Source: Octopus vulgaris
Lineage: Eukaryota
NCBI GenBank assembly: GCA_951406725.2
Contig: OX597828.1
Coordinates: forward strand, 50,158,001 to 50,222,000
Direction: 5' to 3'
DNA length: 64,000 bases
The translations under genes and the position numbers were made by a program. A model generated the notes under the pieces. It did no database searches. It saw only the letters and a list, made by a program, of their open reading frames with translations, and had not been told where the DNA came from. Below, piece after piece: positions 57,700 through 64,000 of the stretch (its first letter is position 1; each line of letters opens with the position of its first letter).

Positions 57700-58300
57700 T
57701 CACTCCGACAAGTGCCTTGCCTCAAATATATTCTCCGGTCTTCGGTTACCAATTGTTTCCACTCTCACTTACTTTCCAGTTAATCCATTGGAGAGTAACC
57801 CCTCTTCTTTCAGCCTTATCTTACTCTCCAACTGGAACTTAGAAAAGTTGATGAGGGTTTGGCCAGAAAAGGGAGTGGCTTAATCCTTTCCTTTCCATCT
57901 TGTCCACCATACCCATGAAACAGAGGAAAGCTTTTCGGTCGAAGAGAAGCGATGGGCCTATAAATTCACCTGATAGTCAGATTCGTCTTACACGTGACAG
58001 CAACTACCCAACATAACTCCACAAACCAGCAATACTCGGATACCAGGCATGTGCATATTGAACCGTTTCTTCGATTAGCGTACATTTTATATAGAGCATG
58101 TTAATGCCATTAAATGCACATGTAGAGCTTGAATAAACCAGAAATACCTTGGTTGCACAGACAGGATACAGATTTCTGGAAATTATCCACATCTCTGGGC
58201 TGAAAGTTCTCCAAAATAAACTAATTTGTTGATCGTTTATTCAATGTCCCAATGCCTTGTTGTAACCCTTGTGTTCCGCTAACCCATATATTGTGGAATG
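57700..58300 (-). pseudogene. Old Tx1/L1 ORF2 3' relic
   Basis: EETVQYAH..LWSYVG*LLSRV..SGQTLINF aligns by eye to the 35762..36841 protein. Confidence 0.65.
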
Positions 58301-59599
58301 TTCCTATGTCATGCATTAACGCAGTTTTCGGCTCGCATTAATCTCAACCTTAAAGAGAAAGTATACAGTCTAATATATCCTTCCTCAACCGACAGAAATC
58401 CACAGTATTCCACGTACCAGTCAAGCTTCTTTTAGTTGCTCATTTAAGGGCAAACTGAAAAATCCCTCCGTTTTTTTTTTAATTAGAAGAACCTTGTTAC
58501 TTTTGTCTTACCCCCTTCGTTGCTGAAATCGTCATGCAAGGAGGGATAACATTTTTGGAACATACTTGTTCCGCATCGTTCTTTTCTTGTCTGAGGTTGG
58601 GGGTGGATGGACCATCGTATTTCAGAGTTACTTTTTGGCAGATATCATTGCCAAAATAATTTATTGTTTTTGCTAACTTTTTCTCTGTGTTTTGTTGTTT
58701 GTGAAGTTGCTATTTTTGTGTTGTATAAATGTCCGTGTTTTTGCGTGCAGAAGTGTAATTTTTCTTTTTGTTTGTTAGATGTGTTTTATAAACTAATGTT
58801 TGTTCGTATTATCAAATATTCGAACAGCTGTTCGAAGCTCTTCAAGACTTGTAAACCAGACAACGAAGACTTGTTATACAACCAAGCGGATATACACAAA
58901 CTAAAATAAAAAAAAGTTTAACGATAAATCATATTTTTTTCCAAAAGCAAAGTAAAAGTGGTGAATGTTCAACTGATTCAAAGCGTAATCCTCCCCCACC
59001 AAATGATGTTTTTTTCTTTTATTAAATACAAACGCGGTAATTAGAACACGAAATTCCTCAAAACATAACAAAAGCAACGACGACGACGATAATGACGATG
59101 TCGACAACAACAACGAGAATAATATTCATAATTCTTTCGAATTTTGGAACATGACTATTTTATGACTATTTTATCGGCCCTGAAAGGTTGAAAGGCAAAG
59201 TTGCCCTCTACAGGATTTGAACTCAAAACGTAAACGGCCGGAAGAAATGCCTCTTAGCTTTTTGTCCGATGCTCTGACAATTCTTCTTGTAATACTATAT
59301 TCGTTTATTTGTCACAGGGGCATCTGATGAAAGAGGGAATTCAAGGATAGTTTACAATTTGTGTGAGTATTTACATAAAAAAGAGGGACAGGAAGGAAGA
59401 GGAAGGGGAGATAAGACAGTATGTATAATATACAAAATTTATAAACACATGGATGAAACTAATGCCAGTCAAAGTACACAAAGGCCCAAAATCACTCTGA
59501 TCACCAAAGTCTTAAACCTACTCAACTGTTGTTCTATAAACTACAGGTATATATTTAGTGTAATTCTATTGACTCAGAACATTTTTACCAGTAGCCCAT

Positions 59600-59790
59600 A
59601 GTTTGATATATTTGCTGGGAAAGAACCTTTCACTTTTCTTTCGAAGTGGAAATTGAAAAAGGTTGACAGAAAAGAAAGGTATCCGTCTCCAATCCGTTCA
59701 CTCTCTTCCACTGCTCACTAACCAGCCCGCCATAGCGACTTGACAGAGCAACACTGGATTTGCCCAACATGCAACAACAGCTGTTCGACA
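59600..59790 (-). pseudogene. Old Tx1/L1 ORF2 3' relic
   Basis: VEQLL.HVG...GLETDTFL...FFNFHFERKV. Confidence 0.55.
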
Positions 59791-60294
59791 GATTTATAAT
59801 ATAGACACAAGGCCAGCAATTTTGTGGCCGATACCATCGACCTCAGTACATGATCGGTACTCTCTTCTATAGGTCCCAGGCAGGTTAAAAGAAAAAGTTG
59901 AGCCGGGCGAAGTTTGAAATCAAACTGTAAAAAAACAATAATTTATAACATTGGCACAAGTCCATACATTGGGAGGATGGAGGGTTAGTCGATTAAATAT
60001 TGACCTATGTAGGTAACTTTTACTTTATTTTATAGTCTTTCGATTGATGAAAGCTCAAGTTGGCATCGGTGAAATTTGATCTTAGGACGTTATGAGCCAG
60101 AACAAAACACTGTATATATATATATATATGTGAGGGCGCGTGTATGAGCGTACACGCATTGTGTACAGTTAGTTAGTTAGTTAGTTAAGTTAGTGTACAC
60201 TCATACACGCGCGCTCACACACGTTCACACAAACTTAAACACACTCACGCTTACATATACAACACTCTCACACACGCAGTTATGCACACGTATA

Positions 60295-60343
<49 letters not shown>

Positions 60344-60378
60344 ATACAGATACATATATATATATATATATATATATA

Positions 60379-60694
60379 TTGGAAGGTTTGGAGATGATGT
60401 ACAGGTATTATATATTAGAAGAAATAAGGTAATCAGATCGGATGGTTCATATTTATAGATATTTATTTATATATTACATTTTTTACATATACATATCATA
60501 TCATTCAGATCATATCATTCGGATTATTAGCGCTTTCGCCCATTCCAGTTTGATTTGAAAACCCCACTCGAATGGGAGAAAGCGCTAATAATCCGAATGA
60601 TATGATCTGAATGATATGATATGTATATGTAAAAAATGTAATATATAAATAAATATCTATAAATATGAACCATCCGATCTGATTACCTCATTTC

Positions 60695-60706
<12 letters not shown>
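60379..60706. mobile_element. Fold-back palindrome with an HHR 3' half in each arm, inserted in (TA)n
   Basis: Arms ~60409-60545 and 60570-60706 (2 mismatches seen), 24-nt spacer; GAAA-gcgc-TA next to the centre. Confidence 0.8.
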
Positions 60707-60769
<63 letters not shown>

Positions 60770-60781
60770 ATATACACACGC

Positions 60782-60903
<122 letters not shown>

Positions 60904-61365
60904 TAGTAGGGAAAACTGCTTATTAGTTAGTTTAGAGTAACGTTTACTAAAATAAAGAGGTTATTAAAGTCTACACTGTCTAGAAAATTCTCAAAAATTC
61001 TAATTTTAATATATTTTTCTTTATCAAAATGTGGTTTTCATGTTTCTTAAATTATTGAAAATTTCAACAGCTGAAGCTAAATTTAATTCGCTATTATATG
61101 CATTTTTTAAGACTGCAACATATCGTTCCCTTTTTGTCTTTTCTCCCTCTCTTTTATTTAGAACTATAACATAAAATCTCATATATTTCCGATAGTTAAT
61201 TTCTTTGTCGAAACCTTCACTGTCCATGATATCGTAGTTTAGATGATGACGGGAATAAAAATATCATTTCCCGTCTCTGAATACATGTAATTATATGCTT
61301 ATATAAGTTCTTAATACTAGAATCTACAAAAAATATATTGACGGAAAAGTAATGTAGAAAAAATA

Positions 61366-64000
61366 AGCCATATCATTAGGAGATCTTAGAAGGATATGGC
61401 TTCGCTATTCATGAATGAGATAACTAGTAAATATCTGATAAACAAGAGGGACAAAGATACCACCAAACCTCTATGTTGTGTTAAAAATTTCGGCTTTGCT
61501 ATGCCTGTGTGGAAGATCAGCAGCACACATCAGCAGCACACACATCAGCAGCAACTTCCCCCAAATGTCTACTAACTGAGGAAGAACTGCTCTGACGTAT
61601 GCGTCAAAGGTATGTCAGAACCACTAGCGGCGAGCAGGTAGAAACGTTAGCAGGCCGGGCGAAATGCGTAACCGTATTTCGTCTGCCGTTACGGTCTGAG
61701 TTCAAATTCCGCCGAGGTCGACTTTGCCTTTCATCCTTTCGGGGTCGATTAAATAAGTACCAGTTACACACTGGGGTCGATATAATCGACTTTATCCGTT
61801 TGTCTGTCCCTGTTTGTCCCTCTCTGTGTTTAGCCCCTTGTGGGTAGTAAAGAAATAGGTATGTCAGAACCAGCAGATATTCACACCTTTAAAAATAAGG
61901 AATACTGGTGGAACACTCCAACCACATCATCAATTAGGTGTAAACACAGCAGACCTGATATTGTTCTGTGGGACAGGGAAAACAGTCATGTACTGTTGTA
62001 GAGGTCAGCTGCCCGGCACATGGGAATGTACAATCAAAAGCCAGGAAAAGAGAACATTTATGGCGAATCAATACGGAACTTACAGCTCTTGTATGCTGAC
62101 TATGAATTCCAATTTTTACTCAATCATTAGTTATCTCTCATATATTGAATACAATCTCATTAAGCAGTGAACAACAATAATATTTATTTGAAACAATCTC
62201 CTACATGGCTGTAGAAAGAAACCTTAAACGTTATTTTCGATTTTGCTTTTATGGTTCTTCCACGGCAGAAATTCTGGTCATTTTTTAACTTCCTTCGTTC
62301 AAGAAAATAATAGTTTCAGGTCAGGTTTACCAGAAGATTCACACAAATCACCCTAATCTGATACAGTTGAGTGTCCATCTAGTAAATAATGTCGATATCT
62401 TACTGCAGTTATTCTTCAGAGTTTGCAAAACTATCTTGTCTTTGTATTCAATCCTTCAAAAGAAAGTAAACTGAAAAAATATCTATTCTTCTAACATTGC
62501 ATTTTGAAGGGTTTATCGATAGGTTTGGGATGATTAATCCTTTGTTGATAAATACCATATTTTATAAATACCATATTTGTTTATAAAACAGGGATTTATT
62601 TAAACTGAACGGTCCTTGATGGACAAATGTTTTTATTACACACATTCTGAATGAAAAGGGGGATACCGAGTTCAATATCCTGAGTTTCTTTTTTTTTACG
62701 TCTTTCAGTAAAAACAATGTTCCTTAACTAACTACCGAGTCTTGTTAATGTTAGGTAAACCATGATAAAGAACAAAACAAGTAGTTGATCAAGTAGTTTA
62801 TTAAAGGAAAACTACATGAACTAATTAATGATCCTTGATACAAGTTACTGACTGATTTATTAGACGGTCATAAATTAAATACGACGGTTGTCCCGAAAGC
62901 TGTACGAAAGTGAGAGTATTAAGTGACATAAGCCATTGAAGTTGCACATGCTGGTTGAGTAACTTTTCATACAAAGATGCTACTTACCATGACCTCTATC
63001 ATATGCGGTTCATTTGCGACAATGTTCAATCCAACGCTCGACTGTTCTTTGAAAATGCTCTGTTGTGTGCTATTGTACCTAATTTTTCATCTCGACTGCC
63101 ATCAAATCGTTGTCCCAAAGACTGTCTTCCATTGAACCGAACAGGTGGAAGTGAAATAGCGGTAGACCCGTGGTGGACGGTGGATGGGAGACTTCTTTGT
63201 CAATTGCTTTTGTAACCGAAGTTGCGTGTGGTCACTTCAGATTCTAGTTCTATTTCTACCTTTTAATGGCTTCTCTAAACCACGTTCCAGAAAAACGGAG
63301 AACGACGCCTTTGTCTTTCCCCAATAATGGTTCTTGAATTGAGGAAAATGTGTGACGCCATTTTATGGTATGAGCCTTCGTTTCCGGATCATAAAGATAC
63401 ACCCACGTTTCATCCCCTGTCATCAAATCGGAGAAGAACGTTTTCTCATTAGTTTCAAACGCTTCCAGCATAACAAAGCACACTTCCACCCTTCTCTACT
63501 TCAAATCGGGTGTCAGTAGTCGAGTTACCCACTTCTCACTCATTTTCTGTTACCTAAAGTTTTCTACTATTTCCCGTAATGCCTTGTGATCACAGTCTGG
63601 TTCTATAACATGTTCACGGATCGTGTCTTGTCTGTCCGTGTAAATGAATTTGTTTACTCGTTTGTGATTCGTGTCAGTAAAGCATAAATGATGATTTCCT
63701 ACCGTGTCTCTTCTCTTCAATACTTGTTTCTATTTCTTTAAAATTCTTCGTCCATCTGTGCGCATTCCTCTTATCAACAATATCATCTCAGTAAACAAAA
63801 TGTAGCCTTCTGTGGATGATGGACAACAAGCACCCTTCCTTTGTCAAAATCTCAGGGATAGCCTATTGCTTCTGCTGGAACCAATTATTTGCCTGCAATG
63901 GAGAAGAACATGAAGGAGAGTTCCAATAGAGGAAAATTTATTCTACCAACATCTGCAATTAAAATGAACTACGTCCGTTAATGAATAAGTTATGTTCCCT
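61366..64000 (+). repeat. Direct duplication, copy 2 (runs off the window end)
   Basis: Matches 40367-43002, including the SINE B copy (61626-61857) and the mariner relic (from 62880). Confidence 0.95.

Overview
Eukaryotic, AT-rich, repeat-saturated intergenic or intronic DNA. The SINE families and microsatellite load point to an octopus genome (inference). I cannot support any host protein-coding gene. Nearly all track ORFs are translations of microsatellites or SINEs. Recognisable content: three tRNA-headed SINE families, two non-autonomous Helitrons, a full-length DD36E (Incomer-type) Tc1 element, a mariner relic, a MITE, a young 5'-truncated Tx1/L1-clade LINE inside a (CTAT)n tract, R4/Dong-like and CR1 LINE fragments, and a ~2.6 kb near-identical duplication (40367-43002 vs 61366-64000). 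The most notable signal is a population of hammerhead-ribozyme (HHR)-bearing non-coding elements, mostly inside or next to (TA)n tracts. It includes three unrelated fold-back palindromes (10233-11808, 54841-55563, 60379-60706) with the same architecture: HHR-sense strands diverge from a short spacer, 3' ends abut (TA)n, and one arm is longer. One palindrome is built from a ~561-nt HHR-containing tandem unit. This suggests a (TA)n-targeting Penelope-like/retrozyme system that generates hairpin insertions. All folds were assigned by eye and need computational and biochemical confirmation.
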